A DNA stretch of 44,205 nucleotides from Gammaproteobacteria bacterium (GCA_030066245.1 JASJBY010000032.1:1-44205), one strand, 5' to 3'; counted from the first letter of the stretch, positions 1-9,896 are shown. The notes: generated from the letters alone by a model not told the origin. Translations and numbers: made by a program.

Positions 1-1738
1 CGGGGGCGGCCGTCAATGTCACCGTGAACCGCATGAGCTCGTCGCGACGAAAGGCATGCACGGATATCTCTTCACCTACCGCGTACCGGCCGACTGCACC
101 AGCAAGCGCCCCACCAGTGACACGAATACCATTCACCGCGACTATCACATCGCCTGCCGACAGACCTGCCAGCTGGGCGGCGCCCCCATCGAATACATGG
201 CTGAGCCGAGATCCTCCGGCTTCCGGAACTGAACGCACGCCCAACACCGATTTTGGCTTGCCTGCGCCCGACTCTGCCGGCTTTCCCCCTTTGTCATCCG
301 GGGACTCGGCAATGCGCAGCGTGAAACCCACGCCAACTTCCGCCAGGAGGTCGGCAAGGGGCAGGTCGTCCGTGCCCCGCAGCGCCTCATCGAAGAACGT
401 CTTAAGAGAAAGCCCCGTCGCCTCCTCGGCCATGCGCTCGACGCCGTCCTCGGGCACACCAATTCCGTTCTTCCCGTAGCGGTCCCAGAGGGCCTGCATG
501 ACGTCATCCAAAGACCGGCTCCCAGCGGTGTCCCGTCGGATGACCAGGTCCAGAGCCAGCGCCACCAGGGCACCCTTGGTGTAGTAGCTGACAATAGCGT
601 TAGGTGCGTTCTCGTCCTGCTTGTAGAACTTGGTCCAGGTATCGAAGCTGGACTCCGCTACGCTCTGTTTGAAGCGCCCGCGACCCCGCCACACGCGGGT
701 CGCTACACGGCCCAGGAGTTCCAGGTAGCTTGCGGGACTTATTAAACCAGTGCGCACCAGCGCGAGCTCATCGTAGTAGGACGTGATGCCCTCAAAAGCC
801 CATAGCAATCGCGTATGTACCTCCCGGCGCAAATCGTCGGCGGTGAAGACTGAGGGCTTGATGCGTTTGACGTTCCAGGCATGGAAGTACTCATGGCTGC
901 ACAGGGCAAGAAATTCCCGATAGTCGTCGCCGACGTCCGTTTCGCCGGCGCGCGGCAAACTGTCCCGGCTGCACATCAAGCTGCATGAGGCCCGATGCTC
1001 GAGACCGCCGTATCCTTCGCCTACGGCCATGACCAGAAAAACGTAGCGATCGAACGGCGCGGGTTCCCCGAAAAAGCGGATGTGGTGTTCGCAGATGCGC
1101 CGCAGGTCGCGACGCACCCTCTCCATGTCTGCCCAGTGCCGGCCGGAGATAACGACCTCATGGGGCACTCCGCAGGCCTCGAAGCCGACCAGCGTATGCT
1201 CGCCCATCTCCACGGGATGGTCCACAAGCTCCTGATAGCCGGCGGCGATGTAGGAGCCGAATTCATGGGGAGCCGCCTCCAAACGCGCCATGGACGTGGC
1301 GACCCGCCATTTGGCATACGCGGCGCCTTCCGGGGGACGGAGTTCGAGGACACAGTCCCGATGCTCGCGGCCAGTCGGGCACAGAAAGACGCTGGTGCCG
1401 TTGAAGTATCCGTGGGTCGTGTCGAGATGCGCTGCTCGCACGGACAGGTCCCAGGCATAGACTTCGTACACCACCGTCAAAGGACCAGCACAGGGGGCAC
1501 AGCGCCAGGTCTGCTTATCCAGCTTCACGGCTGCCACCTCGCCACCGCCGCCGGTGGCCCGTAGACGCACCACGTGGCGAGCGAAGTCTCGCACCATGTA
1601 GCTTCCGGGAATCCACGCCGGCATGGAGAGCATCTGGCCATCCGGATCCGGGTCGGTGACCGTGCACCTCACCTGGAAGAGGTGTGCACCCGGATCGGCG
1701 GGCGAAAGATGGTATCGAACAGGAGGCTCGTCAGACAT
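1..1738 (-). CDS. M61 family zinc metallopeptidase (glycyl aminopeptidase-like) with C-terminal PDZ domain; 3' end runs off the window
   Basis: Absent from the ORF track because the frame stays open to position 1. My reverse-strand translation from the ATG (rc of cat at 1736-1738) reads MSDEPPVRYHLSPADPGAHLFQV...YGGLEHRASCSL...LALCSHEYFHAWNVKRIKP, which contains the HExxH zinc motif. A PDZ-like segment AGLSAGDVIVAVNGIRV lies near 100-200. Confidence 0.85.
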   Translation of the reverse strand, partial: MSDEPPVRYHLSPADPGAHLFQVRCTVTDPDPDGQMLSMPAWIPGSYMVRDFARHVVRLRATGGGGEVAAVKLDKQTWRCAPCAGPLTVVYEVYAWDLSVRAAHLDTTHGYFNGTSVFLCPTGREHRDCVLELRPPEGAAYAKWRVATSMARLEAAPHEFGSYIAAGYQELVDHPVEMGEHTLVGFEACGVPHEVVISGRHWADMERVRRDLRRICEHHIRFFGEPAPFDRYVFLVMAVGEGYGGLEHRASCSLMCSRDSLPRAGETDVGDDYREFLALCSHEYFHAWNVKRIKPSVFTADDLRREVHTRLLWAFEGITSYYDELALVRTGLISPASYLELLGRVATRVWRGRGRFKQSVAESSFDTWTKFYKQDENAPNAIVSYYTKGALVALALDLVIRRDTAGSRSLDDVMQALWDRYGKNGIGVPEDGVERMAEEATGLSLKTFFDEALRGTDDLPLADLLAEVGVGFTLRIAESPDDKGGKPAESGAGKPKSVLGVRSVPEAGGSRLSHVFDGGAAQLAGLSAGDVIVAVNGIRVTGGALAGAVGRYAVGEEISVHAFRRDELMRFTVTLTAAP

Positions 1739-2265
1739 CAACGACTTGGGTGCTCCGGGGTAAATGGACGAAAGCTCTGTAGCTGCTCCAGATTATCGAT
1801 TACTCATGTCGACGCAACAGCCAAAAAGCCTGGCTTGTGGGTGGTCGCACCAGACCATCGTGCATTTCAGTTCGGCTGTGCGGCGGCCTGCTTCGCCCGC
1901 CCCAAATATCCTACCTCTTGGTCCGGTCGGAGCGTTGGCGCAACCGAAGATGCTCTGTCACGAGCTTGCGAGCGGTGCAGAAGGGAACCCTACACGCAGA
2001 TTGTCCTGAAGGTTTTGCGCTGCCGCAGCCCGTCCCGTTCGGTGAGCGGCGCAGGGAAAGCTCAAGCTCCGCATCTCCGCTTCTCGCCAGGCCAGGGGAG
2101 AGGCGGTTCCGAACGGTCATGCGGTGAATCGCCGTTCCGCCGAGCGGGCACCCCCACGGATGGCGTGCCCCGGACTTGGGTGGCCAGGTCTAGCGGAGCC
2201 AACGCCCCGGCTGGGTCCCGCACCGGCTGTATCGCCGTTTGTGGTCGATATGTCCGAGCAGCTAT

Positions 2266-2397
2266 CTAGCCGTCGTCCGAACCACTGGTTTCAGACAGTC
2301 TTCGGAGGGCAAGGAACACCGCTATCTTGATGCCTACGATGCAAGCAGCGATACCCGCGACCCACCACCAGATGTTCTCCGTCAGCCAAGTCGCCAA
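2266..2397 (-). CDS. Candidate small single-pass membrane protein (43 aa, TTG start)
   Basis: Below the ORF-track size cutoff. My translation is (M)ATWLTENIWWWVAGIAACIVGIKIAVFLALRRLSETSGSDDG*. It has one hydrophobic helix followed by a charged tail, and a GGAG lies 7 nt upstream of the TTG. No homology was recognised. Confidence 0.2.
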   Translation of the reverse strand: MATWLTENIWWWVAGIAACIVGIKIAVFLALRRLSETSGSDDG

Positions 2398-2548
2398 GTT
2401 CAAGCTCCGCTGTCCGTTTCTCAGGCCGCGGGGAATTCTACCACTGCGTCAACACGGGCAGCCAGCATGGCCGACAGATGGCGCGCTGCGCAGACGGACA
2501 GCTACGCCTCCGCCTTCCATACGAGCCGAGACCAGCCCGTTTCAAGGC

Positions 2549-3310
2549 TTACGGAGCCCCTTCAAGTCCCCGGCTGGAGACCTCCTCGATGAGTGTATCG
2601 TGCACCCACACGAGACTCGGTGTACCGGCCAAGCCAATCTGGACCCACGCACCCGAGCGCTGAAATTCCACTAGCTCCGTGCCCCTGCTCACGACCGTCA
2701 CCACTTTGAACTGCTTCCCAGGGCCTGAACGGAGATTGGCCTTATCCACGCGAATGCGCCGGCCGTTACCGAGGATCTCCCGGCCATCGATGAGCAGTCG
2801 GGTGACTAGGGACATGGCCGCCTCGTCACCGTCTGCGGCCAGGCGCCGCAGCAGCGCCTGCGCATCCTCGTCCCCTTTCCTGGCAACGGCAACGAACCAG
2901 CGCAGTGCCTTGCCGTGGTCCTCTTTGACCCCCTCTCCGTACAGGTAGGCCATGCCGAGCCTGGATTGTGCCTCCGTGTGCCCCTGATCTGCGGCGGCTC
3001 GCCACCATGACACAGCCAGCTTCTCGTTCACCTTGAGGCCTTCGCCGTTGGCGTACATCCATCCCAAGTGATACTGAGAAGCGGCGTGACCGGCCTCGGC
3101 CAGAGGTTTCCATACGCAGTACGCCTCGGCGAAGTCGCCGCGGCGCGCCGCCGCCAACGCGGCGTCAAAATCCTCGGTCATCGCAGAAGCCGGCGCCAGG
3201 CACATCAGCAGCAGACCCATAGCCGGCGCAAGGCTGCGCAGCCAGTAGCCGACCGGATGATTCAGCATGATGAATGAAAGCGACGATGCCGCTGAATGCG
3301 CGCAACCCAT
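2549..3310 (-). CDS. Sel1-repeat (TPR-like) protein with C-terminal bacterial SH3 domain, probably secreted
   Basis: Sel1-type repeats are present (AEAGHAASQYHLGWMYANGEGL, ADQGHTEAQSRLGMAYLYGEGV). The C-terminal segment RIRVDKANLRSGPGKQFKVVTVVSRGTELVEFQRSGAWVQI looks SH3b-like. The internal Met at 3268 (MLNHPVGYWLRSLAPAMGLLLMCLAPASA) gives a better signal peptide and may be the true start. Confidence 0.75.
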   Translation of the reverse strand: MGCAHSAASSLSFIMLNHPVGYWLRSLAPAMGLLLMCLAPASAMTEDFDAALAAARRGDFAEAYCVWKPLAEAGHAASQYHLGWMYANGEGLKVNEKLAVSWWRAAADQGHTEAQSRLGMAYLYGEGVKEDHGKALRWFVAVARKGDEDAQALLRRLAADGDEAAMSLVTRLLIDGREILGNGRRIRVDKANLRSGPGKQFKVVTVVSRGTELVEFQRSGAWVQIGLAGTPSLVWVHDTLIEEVSSRGLEGAP

Positions 3311-3449
3311 AAGCCAGAAAACGGCAGGATGGCTGCTGGCTTTAGGCCGAGCCAGCAGACAACGGCGTTTCCTCGCGCCCCGCGCGCCACCCTTGACGCG
3401 CGAACTGTCTCGCTAGACGCGGCAACTTAAAAGACACGCCAGCGGCGCT

Positions 3450-3935
3450 TCACGCCGCATTCGGATTGGCGCCGGTCACACGACGAACCAGGTCGAGCAT
3501 GCGCGAGGCATGGTTTTTCGGAGATACACCATACTCGGCAAACCGCACTGTGCCCGTCCCGTCAATGACGAACGTGGACCGAACCACACCCATTTTTTTA
3601 ATGCCGTTCTTTTCCTTTTCCTGCCAGACACCGTAACTGGAACATGCGTCCCCTTCCACATCGGCAAGCAGTGTAATCTTCAGTCCAAATTTGTCCCGAA
3701 ATGCCTGATGGCTGAAGCAGTCGTCCCGGCTGACGCCAACCACATGCGCGCCTGCTTCGTCGAATTGCTCCAGAAGCTCCGTGAACTCGTTGGCCTGTAT
3801 GGTGCAGCCGGGTGTATCGTCCTTGGGATAGAAATACAGCACTAATGCCCGATCACTGAAATCCGCGAGACTGCGTACCTCCATGTCGGCAGTGGGCAGC
3901 GAGAAATCGGGTGCTTTGTCCCCTTCTTGCAGCAT
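3450..3935 (-). CDS. bcp: Thiol peroxidase, Bcp/PrxQ-type peroxiredoxin
   Basis: MLQEGDKAPDFSLP...LVLYFYPKDDTPGCTIQANEF contains the peroxiredoxin PxxxTxxC signature. A strong SD (AGGAGGAGGGG) sits just upstream of the ATG. Confidence 0.9.
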   Translation of the reverse strand: MLQEGDKAPDFSLPTADMEVRSLADFSDRALVLYFYPKDDTPGCTIQANEFTELLEQFDEAGAHVVGVSRDDCFSHQAFRDKFGLKITLLADVEGDACSSYGVWQEKEKNGIKKMGVVRSTFVIDGTGTVRFAEYGVSPKNHASRMLDLVRRVTGANPNAA

Positions 3936-4265
3936 TTCCCCTCCTCCTAATCCGGTACAGGCCGTCCGGCGACGACACGCCTTCGTTCTGGGTACCGAGA
4001 GCCAACTGCCGCGGTTCTGATAACAGATCCCTGTCCCGTGGCTCTACGGGCCACCTCTGAACCGCCGCGCGCATGCACCTGCCGAGCGCGGCAACCCATC
4101 ATGCGTTGAATTTTCGTCTTGTTCAATAGAATGTTTAGGGCGCCGGGGCACAGGGATCAAGCCGAGTTCATCATTGCCGCTTGCGAATCTAGGAGCCGGC
4201 CGACCCGGCTCACGGGGCGACGATGGACCTGCACCGGACTTCGAGCGCAAAACAGCTCCTGCGGT

Positions 4266-5771
4266 TCACTCCGCTTGATGCCCACGCACGCCTCCGGCCG
4301 CCCCGCCCACGGCCCTGTCAAACTGCTCCCGTACTGCAGCGGCGGGCATGGGGGTAGACAGGCTGACGACGATAATGGCAACGACGGACAGCAGCACACC
4401 CGGCAGCATTTCGTAGATCTCCAGCATACCGCCGAAAGCCCTCCACACGATGACCGTCAGACCGCCGACGAGCATGCCCGCCAGCGCGCCCGCGCGGGTC
4501 ATACGCTTCCAGTACAGCGATATCAGGATGGCCGGCCCGAAGGCGGCGCCAAGGCCTGCCCACGCATAGGCCACAAGGTCGAGCACCTGGCTTTCGGGGT
4601 TAGTGGCCAGGGTCATGGCCAGCAACGCGATTGCGATCACTGTCAAGCGCCCGATCCACACCAGCTCCCGGTCCGATGCCTCTCGCCGCAGCAATCCCTT
4701 GTAAAAATCCTCCGTTACCGCCGAAGAAGCCACCAGCAGCTGTGAATCTGCCGTGCTCATAATCGCCGCCAGGATCGCGGCAAGCCAGATGCCGGCAAGA
4801 ACGGGATGAAAGAGCAGCTCTACCAGGCGCATGAACACCTTCTCCTGGTCCACATCCAGCAGCGAAGGATGCAGATGCCCGAACCCTGCCAGACCGACGA
4901 GCACTGCTCCAGTCAAGGTAACGGCCGTCCAGCCGACAGCAATGCGCCGGGCAACGGGGAGCTCATCCGCCGACCGGGCGGCCATGAAGCGTGCCAGTAT
5001 ATGGGGCTGTCCGAAATAGCCCAGCCCCCATGCCATCAGTGAGAGCCCGGCAATTGCCGTCAGGGGGTGACCGGAGGCCGTAAGCAGGGGATCGAGCAAC
5101 TCGGGACTCAGCCGCTCGAGCTTGTCCAGGGTGGTGGACCAGCCCCCGAGTTCCGAAATTGCCACCAGCGGAACCGCGACAAGCGCGCCGAACATCATCA
5201 GTCCCTGAACCGTGTCGGTCCACGCGACCGCGAGAAATCCGCCCAGAAAGGTATACGTGACGATGACCGCGACACCAACCAGCACCGCCAGCAGGTAGGG
5301 CATATCGAACACGGTGTTGAACAGCTTGCCACCGGCCACCAGGCCGGACGTGGTGTAGAAAAGGAAGAACACCAGGATGAACAGCGCGGACACGATGCGC
5401 AGCAGCCGGGTCTGGTCGCCGAAACGACGCTCCAGATAGTCCGAAAGCGTCAAGGAGTCGCCAGCGATTTCGGTATAGCGCCGCAGTCGAACCGCCACCA
5501 GGCGCCAGTTCAGATAGGTGCCCAGCAGCAGGCCGGCGGCCAGCCACAGTGACTCCAGCCCCGCGGCGTAGGCTAAACCGGGCAGCCCCAGCAAGAGCCA
5601 GCCGCTCATGTCCGAGGCCTGGGCGCTGAGGGCGGTGGCCCACCTGCCCAGCCGCCGGCCGCCCAGCAGATAGTCGGACAGACTGCGGGTACGCCGGTAG
5701 GCCAGCAACCCGATCGCGAGCATCCCGACCAGGTATGCCATGAACGTCAGGCCAACGGCCGTCTCGCTCAA
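4266..5771 (-). CDS. putP: Sodium/proline symporter (SSS family)
   Basis: 501-aa polytopic membrane protein. The N-terminus (TFMAYLVGMLAIGLLAYRRTRSLSDYLLGGRRLG) and overall layout are typical of PutP. Confidence 0.85.
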   Translation of the reverse strand: MSETAVGLTFMAYLVGMLAIGLLAYRRTRSLSDYLLGGRRLGRWATALSAQASDMSGWLLLGLPGLAYAAGLESLWLAAGLLLGTYLNWRLVAVRLRRYTEIAGDSLTLSDYLERRFGDQTRLLRIVSALFILVFFLFYTTSGLVAGGKLFNTVFDMPYLLAVLVGVAVIVTYTFLGGFLAVAWTDTVQGLMMFGALVAVPLVAISELGGWSTTLDKLERLSPELLDPLLTASGHPLTAIAGLSLMAWGLGYFGQPHILARFMAARSADELPVARRIAVGWTAVTLTGAVLVGLAGFGHLHPSLLDVDQEKVFMRLVELLFHPVLAGIWLAAILAAIMSTADSQLLVASSAVTEDFYKGLLRREASDRELVWIGRLTVIAIALLAMTLATNPESQVLDLVAYAWAGLGAAFGPAILISLYWKRMTRAGALAGMLVGGLTVIVWRAFGGMLEIYEMLPGVLLSVVAIIVVSLSTPMPAAAVREQFDRAVGGAAGGVRGHQAE

Positions 5772-6006
5772 CGGGGCCCCGTCCGGTATGGGAGTCGCTC
5801 GGGCACCACCGGCCTGCGAACTGAGGCGGGTCCGAGGCGCTGTCCCTCAGCACACCTATCCTTACCTCCCGCCGCACGGCAGCCCGGGGGACGCGCCGGT
5901 AAAGTTCCGGGTAGTCGTACCGATAGATAAAAGACGGCTGTACCTGTACGGCCGGGGGACATTCGCACCCGCGAAACCCGGCACGCCGCCAGAAGAATCT
6001 GTCCCG

Positions 6007-7572
6007 ATGCTGAACTTCTCGCTGTTGACACCGCTACGGCAGCATTCAGAAGACGGATTGGCCGCCGTTGAGTTCAAGCCCAAGCGACTGAGACAGTGGC
6101 TGACAGGGCTGACTGAGCTTGAGCCGGACCAAGCCGTCGAGCAGCTGCTGAAAGCAGTTGCCAGGCTGAAAGCCGAGGACTTGCCGGACAAGCTCCGGCA
6201 AGACCTGCTGGACGTTTACCGGCCCGAGATTAACGGCGTATTCGAAGACTTCGACAGTCCTTCGTTCCAGCAACTGCTGCGCGCTGACCAACGCAACAAT
6301 CGTCTTGCGGAGGACATCGGCCATCTGACCTCGGCACTTGCCGCAGCGTACAAGGGTATCGTACGCAGCTGTTACAGGAAAGCTGCCGGCGCGAAGAGTG
6401 AAGAACGCTTGCGTCGCGCCATCTACTGCGCCATGGAACAGACCATCAACCGGCTGCTCCACGCTTTTCGTCTGTACACGCAGGTTCCCGCACGCACCTA
6501 TCACCAGCTGCACTGGCTGTATCGGCTCGCGGAGGGTCGGCAGATGCTCTACCTGCCGGTAATCTGCGCAGGCGAACGCGCCGCCTCCGAGAGTATCGGC
6601 AAGCTATACAAACAGTTCGTGCTGTTCAGTCTGGCCGACCCCTTTCACATGGGGCGCAGGGAAGTGCTGGATTTCTTCCGCTTCTTCGAGCGATATGCAA
6701 CCGCCACGCAGATAAACAAAGACAATGACTGGAAGAGGCTGCAGGGTCACTTTCTCATCGACCTTGCCGGCGACGGTCCACCGATCCCCACCGTCAAGCT
6801 GGACAAGGGCAACCCGCCTTCCAGACCTCGCGTCGTCGACACACGTGCCGTCGTGACCGCCGCCATTCGGGACCAGATCAACCAGGCGGTCTCGGCACGA
6901 CACAGGGAATACGCCGAACGGGGCAAACGGCTCATAGCCAGCATCGTGCCGGACTTCGAAGGCATTCGACCGCGAAAAGAGGCTCGCCAGCCCACTTACC
7001 GACAAGTCTCTGTGGTGCTCGGCATCGAAGCGGTTCACCGTGCCCTTACGGATGCCTGCGCATCGGAAGGCCACACCCGGGCCTCATCCGAGCCTTCAGC
7101 GGCACCCCTTCTGCCACGCTGGACTATCCTCAACGAAGCCCCGGGAGGCTACCGGCTGAGTGGAAAACACGGTGACCTGGCCGACGGCCAGGTGGGTGAT
7201 CTGGTGGGGATTGTCGAACAGGCCGGAACGGACTTCGGCACCGGAGTCGGCATCGCGATCATCCGCTGGATCCGTGGACTGGAGGGTGAGAGCCTGGTGC
7301 TCGGGACCGAGCGTCTCGACGCGCCTGCCGTCGCGGTCAGCTGTCGCCCGTCCTCCGGGGGTCCTCAGTCACAGCCCTGTCTGCTGCTCTCCGGGAGCCG
7401 AGACGGACGACTGCCCGCAACGCTGCTCTGCCCGACAGGCGTCTTCAGCGAGAACCAGCCGGTCGAGATCACGGCGGCCGACCAACAGCTGCTGGTGCGC
7501 TTGACCGACCGTGTTATGCATACCCCCGCCCTGGAGCGCTTCCGTTTCCGCCACGAGAAGGCGGGCCGCTGA
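6007..7572 (+). CDS. Protein with C-terminal PilZ-like domain; N-terminal ~400 aa of unknown function
   Basis: ORF 5740-7572 trimmed to the in-frame ATG at 6007 (MLNFSLLTPLRQ). The upstream 89 codons are low-complexity and overlap putP on the opposite strand. The C-terminus has RKEAR (RxxxR), then LNEAPGGYRL (N-x-A-x-x-G, a D/NxSxxG variant) and a beta-rich tail. Confidence 0.6.
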   Translation: MLNFSLLTPLRQHSEDGLAAVEFKPKRLRQWLTGLTELEPDQAVEQLLKAVARLKAEDLPDKLRQDLLDVYRPEINGVFEDFDSPSFQQLLRADQRNNRLAEDIGHLTSALAAAYKGIVRSCYRKAAGAKSEERLRRAIYCAMEQTINRLLHAFRLYTQVPARTYHQLHWLYRLAEGRQMLYLPVICAGERAASESIGKLYKQFVLFSLADPFHMGRREVLDFFRFFERYATATQINKDNDWKRLQGHFLIDLAGDGPPIPTVKLDKGNPPSRPRVVDTRAVVTAAIRDQINQAVSARHREYAERGKRLIASIVPDFEGIRPRKEARQPTYRQVSVVLGIEAVHRALTDACASEGHTRASSEPSAAPLLPRWTILNEAPGGYRLSGKHGDLADGQVGDLVGIVEQAGTDFGTGVGIAIIRWIRGLEGESLVLGTERLDAPAVAVSCRPSSGGPQSQPCLLLSGSRDGRLPATLLCPTGVFSENQPVEITAADQQLLVRLTDRVMHTPALERFRFRHEKAGR

Positions 7573-7686
7573 CTCACGGCACCGTCCGGGTGTCCCCGCG
7601 CCCGGTCTGTCACACCCAGCTTTGCGGCGCCGCCCCGTTTGCCGGATCATTGGCAACTGGCTCCGCTCCGCTTGGAAAGTCTGCGC

Positions 7687-9249
7687 ATGGCTCAAAAAGG
7701 AATCGTCTCGGCCGGGCATGCCCGAACCGCAGAAGCGGCTCAACTCGTGCTTCGCGACGGGGGCAACGCCTTCGATGCCATCATCGCCGCAGCTTTCGCC
7801 GGTTGCGTCGCGGAACCGGTGCTCTCTTCCCTGGGAGGCGGTGGCTTTCTGATTGCCCACCTGGCGAACGGCCCCAGCCGGGTTTACGACTTCTTCGTGC
7901 AAACGCCGTCGCGACGCCCCCCGGATGCAAAGGCTCTCGACTTTTATCCCATCGTCGCTGATTTCGGGACGGCGCAGCAGGAATTCCACATCGGCATGGG
8001 GGCCATCGCCACCCCGGGGGTCGTCAAGGGCGTATTCGAGATCCACCGGGACCTGGGCCGCATGCCAATGTCGGAGATTGTGAAACCCGCAGTCACCATG
8101 GCCAGGGACGGGATCCGCATAACCGCCTTCGAAAGATATCTATTCGACGTGGTAGAAGCCATCTACGCATCCACCGAGACTGCACGGCAGGCTTACGGCA
8201 GTCGTAGCCTGCCGGGCAAGCTGGTGCAGGAAGGTGAGCTGCTGCGACTCCCGGAGCTTGCCGACACTTTCGAAGCGCTGGCGCGGGAGGGTGAAACACT
8301 GTTCTACCGGGGAGACATTGCCCGGGAGATCCTTGCCGAGTGCCGGACCGGAGGTGGCTGCCTGACGGCCGAAGATCTGGAGAACTATCGCGTGCACAGG
8401 CGGGAGCCCCTGGAGCATCGCTATCGAAACGCCCGGCTACTGACCAATCCACCTCCGTCCTGCGGCGGACTGCTCATCGCCTTCGGCCTCAGCCTGTTGA
8501 GCACGTTGGACCTGCATGCCAAGGGCTTCGGCTCGTCCGACCACTTGCACATGCTGGCGAGCGTCATGGATGCCACCAACAAAGCCCGCATGGACCATCT
8601 CCTCGCCGGTCGCTCCGCTGCTGCCCTGGCGGATGCCCTGTTCGAAGCGGAGCACCTGGCGGCTTACCAGCGTGAGGTGCTTCAGCGTTGCACCAGCCTG
8701 CGCGGTACCACCCACATGTGTGTCATCGATGCGACGGGAAACGTGGCCAGCATGACCATCTCCAACGGCGAGGGGTGCGGCCACGTGACCCCTGGTACCG
8801 GCATTATGCTGAACAACATGCTGGGCGAGCAGGATTTGAATCCGGAGGGGTTCCATTGCTGGGCGCCGAATCAGCGCATGTCTTCCATGATGGCGCCATC
8901 CCTGCTGTTTCAGCCGGACGGCACAGTGGTCGCGACCGGTTCGGGCGGCTCCAACCGGATCCGAACCGCGGTTCTCCAGGTTCTGCTCAACCTGGTCGAT
9001 TTTAAGATGCCCCTGGAGGATGCGGTCACGAGTCCACGCATCCATTTCGAGGAGGGTCTGTTGAGCGTTGAAGGCGGCTTCGCGGAGCGCGAAGTCGCCG
9101 CGCTGGCACGCGAGTTCGACCAGCACAGGCTCTGGCCGGAACGCAATCTATTCTTCGGTGGCGCCCATTCTGCAAGCTACCATCCCCGGGGGCCAGTCCT
9201 GCAGGGTGCTGCCGACCCCCGACGCCAGGGTGTCAGTGTCATGGCCTGA
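7687..9249 (+). CDS. ggt: Gamma-glutamyltransferase family protein (Ntn hydrolase), no obvious signal peptide
   Basis: MAQKGIVSAGHARTAEAAQLVLRDGGNAFDAIIAA is a typical GGT N-terminus. The nucleophile region is GTTHMCVIDATGNVASMTISNG, and the C-terminal segment GGSNRIRTAVLQVL is also typical. Start moved from the TTG at 7639 to the ATG at 7687. Confidence 0.8.
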   Translation: MAQKGIVSAGHARTAEAAQLVLRDGGNAFDAIIAAAFAGCVAEPVLSSLGGGGFLIAHLANGPSRVYDFFVQTPSRRPPDAKALDFYPIVADFGTAQQEFHIGMGAIATPGVVKGVFEIHRDLGRMPMSEIVKPAVTMARDGIRITAFERYLFDVVEAIYASTETARQAYGSRSLPGKLVQEGELLRLPELADTFEALAREGETLFYRGDIAREILAECRTGGGCLTAEDLENYRVHRREPLEHRYRNARLLTNPPPSCGGLLIAFGLSLLSTLDLHAKGFGSSDHLHMLASVMDATNKARMDHLLAGRSAAALADALFEAEHLAAYQREVLQRCTSLRGTTHMCVIDATGNVASMTISNGEGCGHVTPGTGIMLNNMLGEQDLNPEGFHCWAPNQRMSSMMAPSLLFQPDGTVVATGSGGSNRIRTAVLQVLLNLVDFKMPLEDAVTSPRIHFEEGLLSVEGGFAEREVAALAREFDQHRLWPERNLFFGGAHSASYHPRGPVLQGAADPRRQGVSVMA

Positions 9250-9335
9250 AGAGCCTGCGTCGTCCTGCCTGCAGACCTTAGCCGCCGGCCATCAGAGAGC
9301 GCCGCGGTGCCGGCCTGCCAAGACCTCTGGCGGGG

Positions 9336-9815
9336 CTAGTGGGCCGGCGGTGCACCCAACCCATGGGCTTCAGTGGCGAGCCTGGCTTCGATCTGCCGCA
9401 TCAGTGGCCCTACCCGGCCGCGTTTCTCCGGATCGATGCGCAGTGCCTCTTCCAGGGCAGCGTGAGCGAGCGGATGGTCCCCCAGGTGCAGGTAGCCGAT
9501 GGCCATGCCGATGAAGGCATTGGCGTTATCAGGATTAATGCTGATGGCCTGCTGAAAGGTCTCCACGGCCGCCCGGTACTCCTGCCGGGCCACCAACAGA
9601 CCCGCGAGCTTCATGTGGGCATCTACCGAGCGCGGCTCCCTCTCAATCGCATCTTGGTAACTGACCATGGCCAGGTCCAGCTCCCCCGCCTCCCAGTGCC
9701 GATTACCCGCATCGATCAGCGGCTGCGCGTCGCCTTCTGCGGCAACAACGCTGCACGGGCCCAACAATACGGCCAAACCCAGACTGATGCACCATCCTGC
9801 CACGCCTGCACGCAT
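9336..9815 (-). CDS. Secreted TPR-repeat protein
   Basis: The internal Met at 9815 gives the signal peptide MRAGVAGWCISLGLAVLLGPCSVVAAEG. GGAGAAAG lies 6 nt upstream. TPR-like repeats are present (AMVSYQDAIEREPRSVDAHMKLAGLL..., AVETFQQAISINPDNANAFIGMAIGY...). Confidence 0.7.
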   Translation of the reverse strand: MRAGVAGWCISLGLAVLLGPCSVVAAEGDAQPLIDAGNRHWEAGELDLAMVSYQDAIEREPRSVDAHMKLAGLLVARQEYRAAVETFQQAISINPDNANAFIGMAIGYLHLGDHPLAHAALEEALRIDPEKRGRVGPLMRQIEARLATEAHGLGAPPAH

Positions 9816-9862
9816 AACTTTCTCCGCTCGTTCAAGAGCTTTCCAGAATACCGGACCTGAAA

Positions 9863-9896
9863 CGAAAAAGCCCCTCCCGAGCATGCCCGGGAGGGG
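9863..9896 (-). terminator. Intrinsic terminator downstream of the octaheme cytochrome gene
   Basis: The minus strand reads CCCCTCCCGGGCATGCTCGGGAGGGG followed by CTTTTTCGTTT. This is a GC-rich hairpin followed by a T-tract. Confidence 0.7.

Noticed and set aside
1574-2269. 231-aa plus-strand ORF spanning the M61 start and the gap
   Set aside because: It is partly antisense to the peptidase gene, has no SD or motifs, and has an Arg/Cys-rich composition.
4963-5877. 304-aa minus-strand ORF in an alternative frame of putP
   Set aside because: It is out of frame with the clear SSS-family transporter, and the product is Arg/Gly-rich.
5740-6006. N-terminal 89-codon extension of the PilZ-protein ORF
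   Set aside because: The sequence is low-complexity, it overlaps the putP start on the opposite strand, and the ATG at 6007 begins the protein-like sequence.
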